Below are positions 48,178 through 58,162 of a stretch of DNA of 64,000 nucleotides, piece after piece. Both the position numbers and the translations under genes were made by a program. This stretch comes from an uncultured Trueperaceae bacterium (GTDB lineage: Bacteria > Deinococcota > Deinococci > Deinococcales > Trueperaceae), in assembly GCA_963799485.1 (NCBI GenBank), contig CAWCXJ010000012.1, positions 1 to 64,000 of the forward strand, in the 5' to 3' direction. Every line of letters begins with the position of its first letter. Within the stretch, counting starts at the first letter, position 1. The notes below the pieces were generated by a model. It was not told the origin of the DNA. It ran no database searches and saw only the letters and a program-made list of their open reading frames with translations.

Positions 48178-48708
48178 ATGGCTAAACTCGTATTCGGAAT
48201 GAACCAGTCCCTGGACGGCTACGTTGATCTCACGGCGGTTGCGCCAAGCCCTGCGCTCTTCCGCCACTTCATCGAGGAGACTCGGGGGCAGGTGGGCAGT
48301 GTGTATGGTCGCCGAATGTATGAGGCCATGCGTTACTGGGACGACGATCACCCTGAATGGAACGCTGAGGAACGTGCTTTCGCGGCGGCGTGGCGAAAGC
48401 AGCAGAAATGGGTCGTCTCACGCACGTTGGACTCTGTCGGCCCTAACGCCAGGCTTATTGAGGGTGAGCTCGAGGGTGTAGTCCGCAAGCTGAAGGCCGA
48501 ACTTGACGGGGAGATCGAAGTTGCTGGCCCAACCTTGGCGCACAGCCTCACCGAACTCGGTCTGATTGATGAATACCGCATCTACTTGCACCCTGTTGTA
48601 CTTGGTCGCGGCAAACCGTATTTCGCCGGACCTAGGCCGCCGCTCCGCCTTACGGCTCATGACCAAATCGGCGAGGATGTGATCAAGCTGACCTACGTTT
48701 CTGCTTAA
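48178..48708 (+). CDS. Dihydrofolate reductase-like (RibD C-terminal) protein
   Basis: QSLDGYV, YGRRMYE, GLIDEYRIYLHPVVLGRGKP. Confidence 0.88.
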   Translation: MAKLVFGMNQSLDGYVDLTAVAPSPALFRHFIEETRGQVGSVYGRRMYEAMRYWDDDHPEWNAEERAFAAAWRKQQKWVVSRTLDSVGPNARLIEGELEGVVRKLKAELDGEIEVAGPTLAHSLTELGLIDEYRIYLHPVVLGRGKPYFAGPRPPLRLTAHDQIGEDVIKLTYVSA

Positions 48709-48908
48709 TCTCTCGACTCGCCGAACGGGATTTCGGGCTGATGGTGTTCGGTCATGACCGGGCGCAGTGGGCAACACTCAGTGCTGGAGTTTTACGAGTA
48801 AAGCAGCGGTTGGAGTGAAGAAGAGCCTATCAGATTGAAAAAAGTACAGGCTGTCAGGCTTTCGGAAAGAACCCGGCTGAAATTTTACGTGGTGAGGGAG
48901 ACGTAACG

Positions 48909-49130
48909 ATGACGGACGAAGATACCAACGAAGGAGGAAACGACTTTCCGAAAATCAGCCGACCGGCGCGGAGAGCCCTGTACGGGGTGGGGTATTTTAG
49001 GCTGGGGCAACTCACCTACGTCAGCAAAACCGAACTGGGCAAACTGCACGGGATGGGGCCGAAAGCACTGGGGACGCTCGAGCAAGCCCTCGCTGAAAAA
49101 GGTCTGGCATTCAAGGGGAAACCGAAATGA
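48909..49130 (+). CDS. Small HhH-type DNA-binding protein
   Basis: PKISRPARRAL..LHGMGPKAL. Confidence 0.7.
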   Translation: MTDEDTNEGGNDFPKISRPARRALYGVGYFRLGQLTYVSKTELGKLHGMGPKALGTLEQALAEKGLAFKGKPK

Positions 49131-49681
49131 GAAAACTTATCGTATCGGAATTTGTGGCTTTAGACGGGGTGATGGAAAATCCGGGCTGGACGTTTGCGTT
49201 TGAGAGCGACGACCGGAACCGTTACAAGTTCGCCGAACTGCAAGCAGCGGACGCGCTCCTGTTGGGGCGCGTGACCTACGAAGGTTTCGCCGCAGCTTGG
49301 CCCGGAATGGCAGAGGAGACCGGTGAATACGGGCAGTGGATGAACGGCTATCCCAAATACGTGGTGTCGGAAACGCTTGAGGGGCCGCTCGAGTGGCAAA
49401 ACTCGGCGCTCGTCAAAGGCGACCTTGCCAAGGCGGTTACGAAGCTGAAACAGGGAGACGGTAAGGACATCTTGGTGTTCGGCAGCGCCCAGCTGGTCAA
49501 CGAACTCCATCAGCGCGGGCTCGTCGACGAATACCGGTTGATGCTGTTTCCGGTGACCGTCGGCAACGGCAAACGTCTTTTCGGAAGTGGCGAGCAAAAA
49601 GCGTTCAAACTTGTGGACACTCAAACATTCAGCTCGGGCGTGGCCTTGCTTACCTATCAGCCTGAGCAGAAACAGTCATGA
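49127..49681 (+). CDS. Dihydrofolate reductase-like (RibD C-terminal) protein
   Basis: ALDGVME, LLGRVTYE, GLVDEYRLMLFPVTVGNGKRLF. Confidence 0.88.
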   Translation: MRKLIVSEFVALDGVMENPGWTFAFESDDRNRYKFAELQAADALLLGRVTYEGFAAAWPGMAEETGEYGQWMNGYPKYVVSETLEGPLEWQNSALVKGDLAKAVTKLKQGDGKDILVFGSAQLVNELHQRGLVDEYRLMLFPVTVGNGKRLFGSGEQKAFKLVDTQTFSSGVALLTYQPEQKQS

Positions 49682-49726
49682 CAGAGCGAGCCAACGGAAC
49701 CTTTGAAGTTGACCTGAAACCTCGAG
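49678..49726 (+). pseudogene. N-terminal stub resembling DUF3224 proteins
   Basis: ATGA-coupled MTERANGTFEVDLKP; similarity ends at CTCGAG 49721. Confidence 0.45.
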
Positions 49727-49796
49727 CTGCCCGGTCTACCGCCAGCCCCTCACTGCGCCGCGCCGACACGCCGCGCGAAAGGTGCAGCAGGCAACC

Positions 49797-50510
49797 CTAG
49801 CCGCGCGCGTTTGTTTCGACCCGCCTGCGCCTGCGCCCGCCCCGTCTGCGGCGTTTGCCGGGGCGGTCGTTGGCAACTTCTTTCGGCCCGCTCAGCGCCT
49901 CGTCTTCTTGTAGCGCCCGGATGAGCGACGCCTCGACCCGACCGTACTGCGTCGGTTGAACGAGCCGTAAAGCGGCGTGCGGGGGACGCGCGTCTACATA
50001 AACGTAGCTGAGACCCGGACGCAGAACGTAGCCGTAGGTCGCGCGCTCGCCGTTGGTCGTCGCCAGCGCCCACTCGCCCAAACTTTCGATGACCACGTCT
50101 TTACCGAGTAGCGGAACGCGTTTTGCGAGCGCCGAACCGTGCGCCAGCCCCCGAAGTATGTGGAGCAGCCCGAGCGGGTCGCTGTAGGGACGCAGGTAGG
50201 GTACTTCGGTACGTTCGACCTGCGTCCCGACCTGTCTTGTTGCCTTGACCAGACCGCTACGCACGTCGAACGTAAGCTCATAGGTGTGTTTGTCGCCCTT
50301 GGCCTCGGTTGTTTCGCTAAAGCGGAGGCTTTCGCCGCTGCCGGTCAGGAGCCGGCTCGACTGGTCGACGCTGTGTGAGCCTAATACGCCCTGAAAGAGG
50401 GCGCGGCACTCGAGCGTCGTCACGCGCGGCGTTACCGTCGTTTTGATGACTTGCGACCCGACCGCCTTCGCACCGAGCGACAGGGCGTAACTGAGGATTT
50501 CAACTGCCAT
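49797..50510 (-). CDS. Hypothetical protein with basic C-terminal tail
   Basis: Long ORF in an apparent operon; RRRRGGRRRRR tail. Confidence 0.65.
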   Translation of the reverse strand: MAVEILSYALSLGAKAVGSQVIKTTVTPRVTTLECRALFQGVLGSHSVDQSSRLLTGSGESLRFSETTEAKGDKHTYELTFDVRSGLVKATRQVGTQVERTEVPYLRPYSDPLGLLHILRGLAHGSALAKRVPLLGKDVVIESLGEWALATTNGERATYGYVLRPGLSYVYVDARPPHAALRLVQPTQYGRVEASLIRALQEDEALSGPKEVANDRPGKRRRRGGRRRRRVETNARG

Positions 50511-50980
50511 GCCCCAAGTCTACCGCGTAGTTCGTTCTTTTCAGTAGGTCGCGCAAATACCAGGCTTTGCAAAAAGATGCCGGCTTATCGGCAAATGTTT
50601 CCCGGTGTTCTGCCGAATTGTGAGAGAAACGTCTCGGCTCCGGTATAGTCGGCTTCCAGCTCGAGCCAGCGCACCGGCATAGTTGCGGCGGGCGCAGTCG
50701 AAGAGTCTTGCGGCGTCGCGGCTGGGCCTCGAGCCGACAATCGTCAGACCCGAACTCGTTTTGAAACGATACTGCGCCGCGCGGCAAAGGCGTGCAAGAT
50801 GACTTCTGAAAGCTCCGCGCCGCGTCCCAAAAATTTGCCGCCGCCGGCGTCAGCGCGGCGTCTTGTTCGGTTTGGACGTCCTCATCCAAATACCCAGGGT
50901 TCACAGTACGGCTTCTCGTGTAGCTCCTCGCATATCGGAAACAAGTTAAGCTGACCGGCTAGGGGTGACGCACCCGGAAG

Positions 50981-51766
50981 CTAAAGCGTCGTTTGAAAAA
51001 AGAGGCCGCGAAGCTCGAGCTTTACCCCACCTTCTAGGTTCAGCGTGAGGTAGGCGTACTCGTCATCGACGCCGTTCATGTCTAAAAGCAGCGCCCGCCC
51101 CTGCGAGGCGAAGTGCGCGCCGCCCCGCACCGGGGTATGCCCGTAAACGCCGAAGTGGTAGGGGGTCTCGGCGAGGATGTCGCGCGGGTCTAGAATCCAG
51201 TCGCGGCGGTTCTCCAAGTAAAAGCCCGCGTCGTAACGGTTGTGTTCGGGTTTCGGCCCGACGTGCGCGAAATGCAGGTCGCCGACGACGAGTTCACGCG
51301 GCCACGTCGCCAACCACGCCGCCAAATCGTCCGGCAGGGTACGGCCCGAGGCGCGCCACTCGAGGTGTGAAAGCGTGTCGGTACGCAATACGCCTTCAGC
51401 GCCGGTCAACGCGTTATAGTCGTGGTTACCGAGCAGAATCGTAACGCTCCCCCGGGCATGGTCGCAAAACCTTTTTACGGCGCGTAAAAACGTCTCTTGC
51501 GCGGCCTCGGCCTTTTCGATGTCCGGCGGGTGATGCTCGTCGAAGGGGCCACCGATAAGCGCGGCGTACTGCGCGCGCGTTTTGGCGTGGACGAGGTCGC
51601 CCAACAAGATGAGGTGTGTGCTGCCGTTTGCGAGTTCGGCTGTAGGGCGACAATCGTCCGTCAGGAGGCCCGCTTCGCGCAAGATGCGCCAGAACTTCGC
51701 GCTCTGCGCGTGAACGTCGCCGACGACGACGAGTTTGCGGGCGGTAATCCGGGGTTCAGCCGTCAT
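50981..51766 (-). CDS. Metallophosphoesterase
   Basis: GDVH, LGDLV, GNHD, GHTP. Confidence 0.85.
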   Translation of the reverse strand: MTAEPRITARKLVVVGDVHAQSAKFWRILREAGLLTDDCRPTAELANGSTHLILLGDLVHAKTRAQYAALIGGPFDEHHPPDIEKAEAAQETFLRAVKRFCDHARGSVTILLGNHDYNALTGAEGVLRTDTLSHLEWRASGRTLPDDLAAWLATWPRELVVGDLHFAHVGPKPEHNRYDAGFYLENRRDWILDPRDILAETPYHFGVYGHTPVRGGAHFASQGRALLLDMNGVDDEYAYLTLNLEGGVKLELRGLFFQTTL

Positions 51767-53432
51767 TTACACTCGTTCTGTCATCCGTTTTTTCACTTAG
51801 GGCCGCGCTGCCTTTTGGCGAGAGCGCGTAGCGGCGGCCCAGCAGTCCACGCCGCAATTCCAGAAACCCGCGCCGTAAAAACCAGTCGGCGGTTTTTACG
51901 GCGCGCCTGCGCCGCCGGGGTTGCCTGAAACGGGCGAGAGTCTCGAGCCCCCCCCGGGTCAGATACGGTTCCGGGTCGCACACGTCGCAACCACACGCAC
52001 CCGTACTCGCCGCGTCGCCGAAATAACCGAGCAGCCGCTCGCGGCGGCAAAAGTTTAGCTCGGCGTAGCGGATGATTTCTTCAAGGAGCCGAACACGCCG
52101 CGCATTGTAAGACGTGACCCATCCGGGTTGAAAGTCGGGGAGGGTGCGGGCAAACGCCGGTTCCAGCGTAAGTTTTACGTCTCTACCTGCACGTGAAACG
52201 GCTGCAATGCCCTGATTTTCCAAAAGCTGCACGGTGCCGATGAGCTTGCCCCGGTTGAGGCCGAAATGTTCTACCGAAACCCTGTCGGGGTGGGCGTTGC
52301 GGAGCCCGACATAGACTTTTTTGAGGTCGAGCAGAGTAGGGCTCGAGGCCCGCAACACCCCTCTTTGCTTCGCGCCGTCGCCGTCTTCGTAGAGCAGCGT
52401 ACAGGTCGCGCGTTGCCCGCCCCGGCCCGCACGTCCGGCCTCCTGGTAGTAGGCCTCGAGCGAGGCCGGCAGTTGCAGATGAATCACCTGCTCGATATCT
52501 GCTTTGTCGACGCCCATCCCGAACGCGTTGGTGGCGACCATGACGCGCACGCGGCCCGCCAAAAAATCGTCTTGTACGGTGTTTCTAGTAGCAGCGTCCA
52601 ACCCGGCGTGATAGGCCGCACTCCTCAGTCCCCGTTCCAAAAGCTGCCGCGCCGTCCTTTCGGTGCGTTCCCGAGTCCCGGCGTAGACGACGCACGGGCC
52701 GGAAGTGCTTTCCAGCAGCAGGTAAAGCGCCTCCGCCCGCGCGGTCTCGTCCGGTACAGGCCACACCCGGTAACGCAGGTTGGGCCGGTCGAAACCGGTC
52801 AGTACCCGCACCGGGTCGCGGAGCCTTAAAAGCGCCACGATGTCGTCTCTTACGGCTTCTGTCGCTGTCGCAGTGAGCGCGGTGACCGGCGGATTGCCGA
52901 GCGTCTCCCGAACGCGCCCGAGCTGCCGGTAATCGGGGCGAAAGTCGTGCCCCCAGCCGGAGATGCAGTGCGCTTCATCGACCACGAGCCGGGCGACGCC
53001 AACACCACGCAGCGCACGCTGCACCCGTTCGTCGCCCAAACGTTCAGGCGAGAGATAAAGGAGCTGCAAGTCGTGAAGCTGTGTTAGCAGCCGCCCCTGT
53101 TCTGCAAACGTCAACTGGCTGGTAAGCGAAGCCGCCTCGACGCCGCGCCGTAAAAGCGCCCCAACCTGGTCTTTCATCAGCGCGATAAGCGGGCTGACAA
53201 CGACCGTAAGCCCTTTTGTAGCGAGCGCCGGCAGCTGATAGCAGAGCGACTTACCTGCGCCGGTGGGCATCACCGCCAGAATATCGTCGCCCCTAAACGC
53301 AGCCTCGAGCACGGCTTGTTGACCGGGGCGAAACGTGCTCAGGCCGAAACGTCCTAGCAAGTGCTCGAGGTCGGGTTGTCCAGCTTTCAGGGCGGTCGGT
53401 GGCGTCGGCACAGCTTTTAGTGTAGCAGTCAC
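51756..53432 (-). CDS. RecQ family ATP-dependent DNA helicase (no HRDC domain)
   Basis: TGAGKSLCYQ, DEAHCISGWGHDFRPDY, AFGMGVDK, YYQEAGRAGR, CRR..CDVC. Confidence 0.92.
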   Translation of the reverse strand: MTATLKAVPTPPTALKAGQPDLEHLLGRFGLSTFRPGQQAVLEAAFRGDDILAVMPTGAGKSLCYQLPALATKGLTVVVSPLIALMKDQVGALLRRGVEAASLTSQLTFAEQGRLLTQLHDLQLLYLSPERLGDERVQRALRGVGVARLVVDEAHCISGWGHDFRPDYRQLGRVRETLGNPPVTALTATATEAVRDDIVALLRLRDPVRVLTGFDRPNLRYRVWPVPDETARAEALYLLLESTSGPCVVYAGTRERTERTARQLLERGLRSAAYHAGLDAATRNTVQDDFLAGRVRVMVATNAFGMGVDKADIEQVIHLQLPASLEAYYQEAGRAGRGGQRATCTLLYEDGDGAKQRGVLRASSPTLLDLKKVYVGLRNAHPDRVSVEHFGLNRGKLIGTVQLLENQGIAAVSRAGRDVKLTLEPAFARTLPDFQPGWVTSYNARRVRLLEEIIRYAELNFCRRERLLGYFGDAASTGACGCDVCDPEPYLTRGGLETLARFRQPRRRRRAVKTADWFLRRGFLELRRGLLGRRYALSPKGSAALSEKTDDRTSVNDG

Positions 53433-53467
53433 TTGACAGGTAGCCTCGAGCGGTTACGTTACTTTCA

Positions 53468-54577
53468 TTAGGGCAGCGACGCGGTGCGCTCGAGGTACGG
53501 CAGCGGGTCGACCGCCTGACCGTCGATGCGAATTTCAAAGTGCAAATGCGAACCCGTCGAACGGCCCGTCGACCCGACCCTGGCAATGACGTCACCGGCT
53601 GCAACTTGTTGACCTACAGCGGTCAGAAGCTCCGACGAGTGCCCGTAGTAGTACTCCACCCCGTCCGCTTCGACGACCGTCAGATAGCCGTAACCACCCT
53701 GCCAACCGCTGTAGGTCACGACGCCGGGCATGGCGGCGGTAATCGGGTCGCCGGTTACACCGTCGATATCTAGCCCGTAGTGATACGTCATCCCGAGCAG
53801 CGCACGCGGGCCGAAGTACGAGGTAATCGGCCCGTTGAGCGGCCAGATGATGTTGGGCGTTACGTTGCGGCTCGCGGACGGCGGCAGCAGCAGCGTCGCC
53901 CCGGCGTTTAGCACGTCACTGTCCAAACCGTTCAGGTCTTTAAGCGTTTCGACGCTCGTCCCGTTCCGGAGCGCGATTTCAGAGAGCGAATCGCCTGATT
54001 CGATGGTGATACTCGGTTCCGCGCCCCCACCCTGGTCGCTCGGTACGACGTCGGCTTGGACACCGGGGATACTCAGCGTCTCGCCGACGGTGAGCATCGC
54101 GTCGGGTTCAAGGCCGTTTGCCCCGCTGAGCGTACTCACAGGTACGCCGTAACGTTCTGCAAGCAACCAGAGCGAATCGCCGGGTTCGACGGTGACGCTG
54201 AGCGGTACCGCCGGGGCTGCGCCGCCCAGCATCAGCTTCTGCCCGATGACGAGGTTGGTATCGGCAAGGTCGTTCATCGCCATGAGTTCTTCGACGGGAA
54301 CGCCTGTTTGCGCGGCAACGGCTGACAACGTATCGCCGGGTTCGACGGTGTACGTGATCGCTTCAGGGATAATCAGGGTTGCCCCTGCTAGAAGGTCGGT
54401 GCCGGAGAGCATATTGGCGGCTAAAATTGCTTCGACGGTGGTACCGTAACGCTCTGCTAGAGCGCTCAGGGTGTCTCCGGGTTGCACCGTATACGTTTCT
54501 TGCGCGGCTACGACCGGAAGGGCAGAGAGCAGTACCGCTAAGGAAATGGCGGGAATAACTGTACGCGACCAAGACAT
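53468..54577 (-). CDS. LysM x4 plus M23 peptidase
   Basis: Four GD(T/S)L LysM repeats, HYGLD, YGH, STGSHLHFE. Confidence 0.92.
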   Translation of the reverse strand: MSWSRTVIPAISLAVLLSALPVVAAQETYTVQPGDTLSALAERYGTTVEAILAANMLSGTDLLAGATLIIPEAITYTVEPGDTLSAVAAQTGVPVEELMAMNDLADTNLVIGQKLMLGGAAPAVPLSVTVEPGDSLWLLAERYGVPVSTLSGANGLEPDAMLTVGETLSIPGVQADVVPSDQGGGAEPSITIESGDSLSEIALRNGTSVETLKDLNGLDSDVLNAGATLLLPPSASRNVTPNIIWPLNGPITSYFGPRALLGMTYHYGLDIDGVTGDPITAAMPGVVTYSGWQGGYGYLTVVEADGVEYYYGHSSELLTAVGQQVAAGDVIARVGSTGRSTGSHLHFEIRIDGQAVDPLPYLERTASLP

Positions 54578-54754
54578 CGGTTGCAGTGTATCAGAAATTC
54601 CCGGCTCGTGTGAAGACACTTACGCCTTATGCACATGTTACTTACAAACCGCAAAGCTGTTTCGCCTGTCGTGAGCGCGATATTGTAAGTGTGTAGCGGG
54701 CCGAAAGTCGCGCGCTGGTTTAGCAGGACGACCTACGCCCGACCTACGCCGCGG

Positions 54755-55624
54755 TTACTCGAGCCTTTTCAGCGTTCCGTCGAGCGTCAGCAAGCGGCTG
54801 TAGAGGTCGGGGCGGCGGTCGCGGAAAAAACCAAACCCGGCCCGAAAGCGTCGGGCGGCGGCAAAGTCCAACTCGGCGTAGATGACGGTCTCGGAGGTTT
54901 CGTCGGCTTCGGCGAGCTTGCTGCCGGTGTAGTCGCAAATAAACGACGACCCGTAAAAGCGGGCGTCGCCTTCGGTGCCGACCCGGTTGGCAGCGGCAAC
55001 ATAAACGCTGTTTGACACCGCATGCCCGACCATCGCCCGTTGCCACATGTCGCGGGTCTCCAACCCCCCCACCTCTTGCGGTTCGGAACCGATGGCTGTC
55101 GGGTAGAGGAGCAGATTCGCGCCTTGCAGGGCCATCGCGCGCGCCGCCTCGGGAAACCACTGATCCCAGCAGATCGCTGCGCCGAGGTTGCCGTAACGCG
55201 TCTCCCACGCCTTGAAGCCGGTATCGCCGACGTTGAAGTAAAACTTTTCCTCGTAACCGGGGCCGTCGGGGATGTGCGATTTGCGGTAGATACCCAAATC
55301 GCCGCCCGCGTCGAACATCTTTAGGCTATTGTAGTACGCTTGCCCCGCCGACTCGAAAAACGACACCGGCAGCACCACACCGAGTTCGGCGGCGAGTGCA
55401 CCGAAACGTTCTAAAAAAGGGTGTTTGTCCGCCGGGTGTGCAAGTGAAAAGAGGTCGTCGCGCTCGAGCTGCGGAAAGTACAGGTTTTCAAACAGCTCTT
55501 GCAGCAAGACGATGTTGGCCCCGGCCCCGGCAGCTTCGCGGACGAAGTGTTCGGCTTTGTCCAAGTTTTCTTCTAAAACGTCTGAACAGCTCATCTGAAC
55601 AACGGCGAGTTTTACGGTAGGCAT
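54755..55624 (-). CDS. aguB: N-carbamoylputrescine amidase
   Basis: LQELF, YRKSHIPDGPGYEEKFYF, ICWDQWFPE. Confidence 0.92.
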   Translation of the reverse strand: MPTVKLAVVQMSCSDVLEENLDKAEHFVREAAGAGANIVLLQELFENLYFPQLERDDLFSLAHPADKHPFLERFGALAAELGVVLPVSFFESAGQAYYNSLKMFDAGGDLGIYRKSHIPDGPGYEEKFYFNVGDTGFKAWETRYGNLGAAICWDQWFPEAARAMALQGANLLLYPTAIGSEPQEVGGLETRDMWQRAMVGHAVSNSVYVAAANRVGTEGDARFYGSSFICDYTGSKLAEADETSETVIYAELDFAAARRFRAGFGFFRDRRPDLYSRLLTLDGTLKRLE

Positions 55625-56166
55625 ATGGAGTTCCTTTGATTATTCTGAAGATGGGTAGAGATAGCGGCAGCCGTCTTTTGGGGTGAGGTTGTAGTGGTGT
55701 CAAGCTTTAAGCTCGGCCTCTCCGGGTAGGGCGTAAAAAGGTCGTAAATCGCAAGCAGTTCACGTAGAAACTTGGCGTCTGTAATCTTGCCGCTCGAGCG
55801 CCGTGAGGCTGCGCCGACGCGTTCGGTAAGCTTTTCCGGGTCACAAGTGAGTTGGACAAGCAACGTTGTTGCACCGTGTTTTTCGACGGCTTCTAACATC
55901 CACTGTATTTCCCGGTCGTCTTGCGGGTGAGCGTAGACGTAGGTGAAGATGAGGTCAACGCCGCTTCTAGCTGCCTCTTCAAAAATCAGTTGCCGCAAAC
56001 CGTGAACCGTATGCCTAAAAGCTGGCGTGCCACGTTCAAAAAAGGTTTTCGCCAAATCGATGCTCAGATGGTTGTGGAATACCTTGAAGCCGGTCAACCG
56101 TGCCAGCTCTTTGGCCACCGTCAACTTGCCTACAGCGGGCGGGCCGTAGAGCAACACGAACATCAC
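55612..56166 (-). CDS. P-loop kinase (AAA_33/shikimate kinase-like)
   Basis: YGPPAVGKLT, FHNH. Confidence 0.75.
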   Translation of the reverse strand: MMFVLLYGPPAVGKLTVAKELARLTGFKVFHNHLSIDLAKTFFERGTPAFRHTVHGLRQLIFEEAARSGVDLIFTYVYAHPQDDREIQWMLEAVEKHGATTLLVQLTCDPEKLTERVGAASRRSSGKITDAKFLRELLAIYDLFTPYPERPSLKLDTTTTSPQKTAAAISTHLQNNQRNSICLP

Positions 56167-57239
56167 GGCGGGGAGATTTCTCCTTCGGGTTGCTGCTGCG
56201 TCACACAGTGAAACGAGCCGCCCCCGGTGATGAGCGTCCGTGACGAAAGGCCGATAACCTCGCGCCCCGGAAACAGCGGCGCTAGTATTTCCAAGGCCCG
56301 CGCGTCGTTTTCGTCGCCGTACTGCGGCACCACCACAAAGCCGTTACCGATATAAAAGTTCGCGTAAGAAGGTGCCAGCCGGACGCCCGCAAAGTCGCGG
56401 CGTTTTTTGGGGAGTGGCAGCTCGAGCACGTTGTACGGGTTGCCGTTATGGTCGCGCAAGTTCTGTAGAAGTGTCAAGTTGCGCCTCATCGGTTCAAAGT
56501 TAGCGTCGTGTTCGTCTTCAGCCACCGCGCAGACAATTGTTTGGTCGCCCGTAAAACGCACGATGGTGTCGATGTGCCCGTCGGTGTGGTCGCCCTCGAG
56601 CCCCTCCTCCAGCCACACTACGTACTTGACGCCCAGATTCGCCCGTAAAACCGCCTCCAAATCGGCTTCGCCCAACTTCGGGTTGCGCTGCTGTGAGAGC
56701 AAACAGCTCCGGGTGGTTAACAAAACGCCCTGCCCGTTTAGCTCCAAAGACCCGCCTTCCATCACGACGGGCACCGTAAAACGTTTTATCGACAGGGTTT
56801 CGGCAACGTGCTCCGGCGCCTGGTCGTCGTCGTCCCAGGGCGCGTACTTTTCGCCCCAGGCATTAAAACCCCAATCGGTGAGGGCAACCTCACCCGCCGC
56901 GTTACGGATGAAAATCGGCCCGTTGTCGCGGAACCAGACGTCGTTTAGCGGGATACGGTGAAAGGTGATGTTCGCTAAAGGTGCGTTTTGAGCCCCTAAC
57001 CTCGCCCGTGCGTCGGCCTCGGTCGCTTCGTCCCGGACGTTAAGTATCACCGGCTCGAAACGGGCTACGGTCGCTACCAGCGCCGTAAACTCGCCTCGAA
57101 CCGCCTCTAACTGCCCTTCCCAGAGCGCGTCGTCAAAAGGCCAGCTCGTCCAGGTCGCGGCGTGCGGCGACCATTCGGGGGGCACGGAAAAACCCAGCTC
57201 AGCCGGGCGGGGAGCCGGATAGTTTGTCGTTTGGCTCAT
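56163..57239 (-). CDS. aguA: Agmatine deiminase
   Basis: PPEW, WFRDNGP, EGGS, TDGHID, GGGSFHCVTQQ. Confidence 0.93.
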   Translation of the reverse strand: MSQTTNYPAPRPAELGFSVPPEWSPHAATWTSWPFDDALWEGQLEAVRGEFTALVATVARFEPVILNVRDEATEADARARLGAQNAPLANITFHRIPLNDVWFRDNGPIFIRNAAGEVALTDWGFNAWGEKYAPWDDDDQAPEHVAETLSIKRFTVPVVMEGGSLELNGQGVLLTTRSCLLSQQRNPKLGEADLEAVLRANLGVKYVVWLEEGLEGDHTDGHIDTIVRFTGDQTIVCAVAEDEHDANFEPMRRNLTLLQNLRDHNGNPYNVLELPLPKKRRDFAGVRLAPSYANFYIGNGFVVVPQYGDENDARALEILAPLFPGREVIGLSSRTLITGGGSFHCVTQQQPEGEISPP

Positions 57240-57268
57240 CGGTTCTCCTGACACAGCTTAGGCGACTG

Positions 57269-58162
57269 CTAGTCTTTGGGGACGGTTATAGCTTTGCCGC
57301 TCGAGGTCGCGTCCGGCCTGGGGGGGATTTTTAACGACTCAGGCAGGTCTTCGGGGTTAAGCGCTGCTAAGGCACCCTCGTAACCACAGCGAATCGCGTC
57401 GTCCATCTTGTTGAAGTGGTGCGGCATGATGTCGGGCGGCAAGGGTGGTTTGATAATCAGGTCGGGCGGGTGCATCGCGTAGATCAGCTCGGCTAATTTG
57501 CCCTGGGTGATGGTAAAGGCTTTTTCGGCGATTTCCATCGGGACGGTAAACTGCTTTATGCTCAGCCGCGCCGCGAGCTTGCTCCAAAGCCCTTCCTGTT
57601 CTCCCATCAGATCGACCTTCCGGTCTATCGGCACCGTTACGTCGATGGCGATTACCGGCCTGTCGGTCAGGGTGCGGATCACGTCGACCGGGACGATATT
57701 GAGGGTGCCGCCGTCGATAAAATAACGGCCCTCGTCCTCGACAGGGTCGAATACACCGGGAAAAGCGTTGCTGGCGCAGAGACGCCGGACGAGCGGCCCA
57801 CTCCTGAGGACATAAGAGAGACCTTGCTGCACGTCGACCGAGACGGCGGCGAAAGGATAGTTAAGCTCTTCAAAGGTCGCGGGCAGGTGCGGCGCTAAAA
57901 TCTCCTCCAACCCCCTTGAACCGATAATCCCGTTGCCGCCGTCGAAGTCGATGTTGAGCACCTTGAGCATATTGGTTTCTCTAAAGATTTCCTCGATGTG
58001 GTGGGGCGTGTGGCCCGCCGCGTGCAGCGCGCCGACGATTGCACCCGCTGAACACGTGCTCATTGCGACGGGCTCAAAGCCACAGGCCTCGAGCGCCTGC
58101 AGCGCGCCGATATGGGCAAAACAGCGCGCCCCGCCGCCGCCTAGAACAACCCCTACTTTCAC
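57269..58162 (-). CDS. Patatin-like phospholipase
   Basis: GGGGAR, TCSAG (GxSxG variant), DGG. Confidence 0.85.
   Translation of the reverse strand: MKVGVVLGGGGARCFAHIGALQALEACGFEPVAMSTCSAGAIVGALHAAGHTPHHIEEIFRETNMLKVLNIDFDGGNGIIGSRGLEEILAPHLPATFEELNYPFAAVSVDVQQGLSYVLRSGPLVRRLCASNAFPGVFDPVEDEGRYFIDGGTLNIVPVDVIRTLTDRPVIAIDVTVPIDRKVDLMGEQEGLWSKLAARLSIKQFTVPMEIAEKAFTITQGKLAELIYAMHPPDLIIKPPLPPDIMPHHFNKMDDAIRCGYEGALAALNPEDLPESLKIPPRPDATSSGKAITVPKD

Noticed and set aside
46000..49726. Integron cassette array
   Set aside because: No integrase and no attC-like structure recognised; several genes are SD-led or translationally coupled.
50500..50904. 134-aa minus-strand ORF
   Set aside because: It fills an operon gap and may be real or frameshifted, but no motif supports a call.
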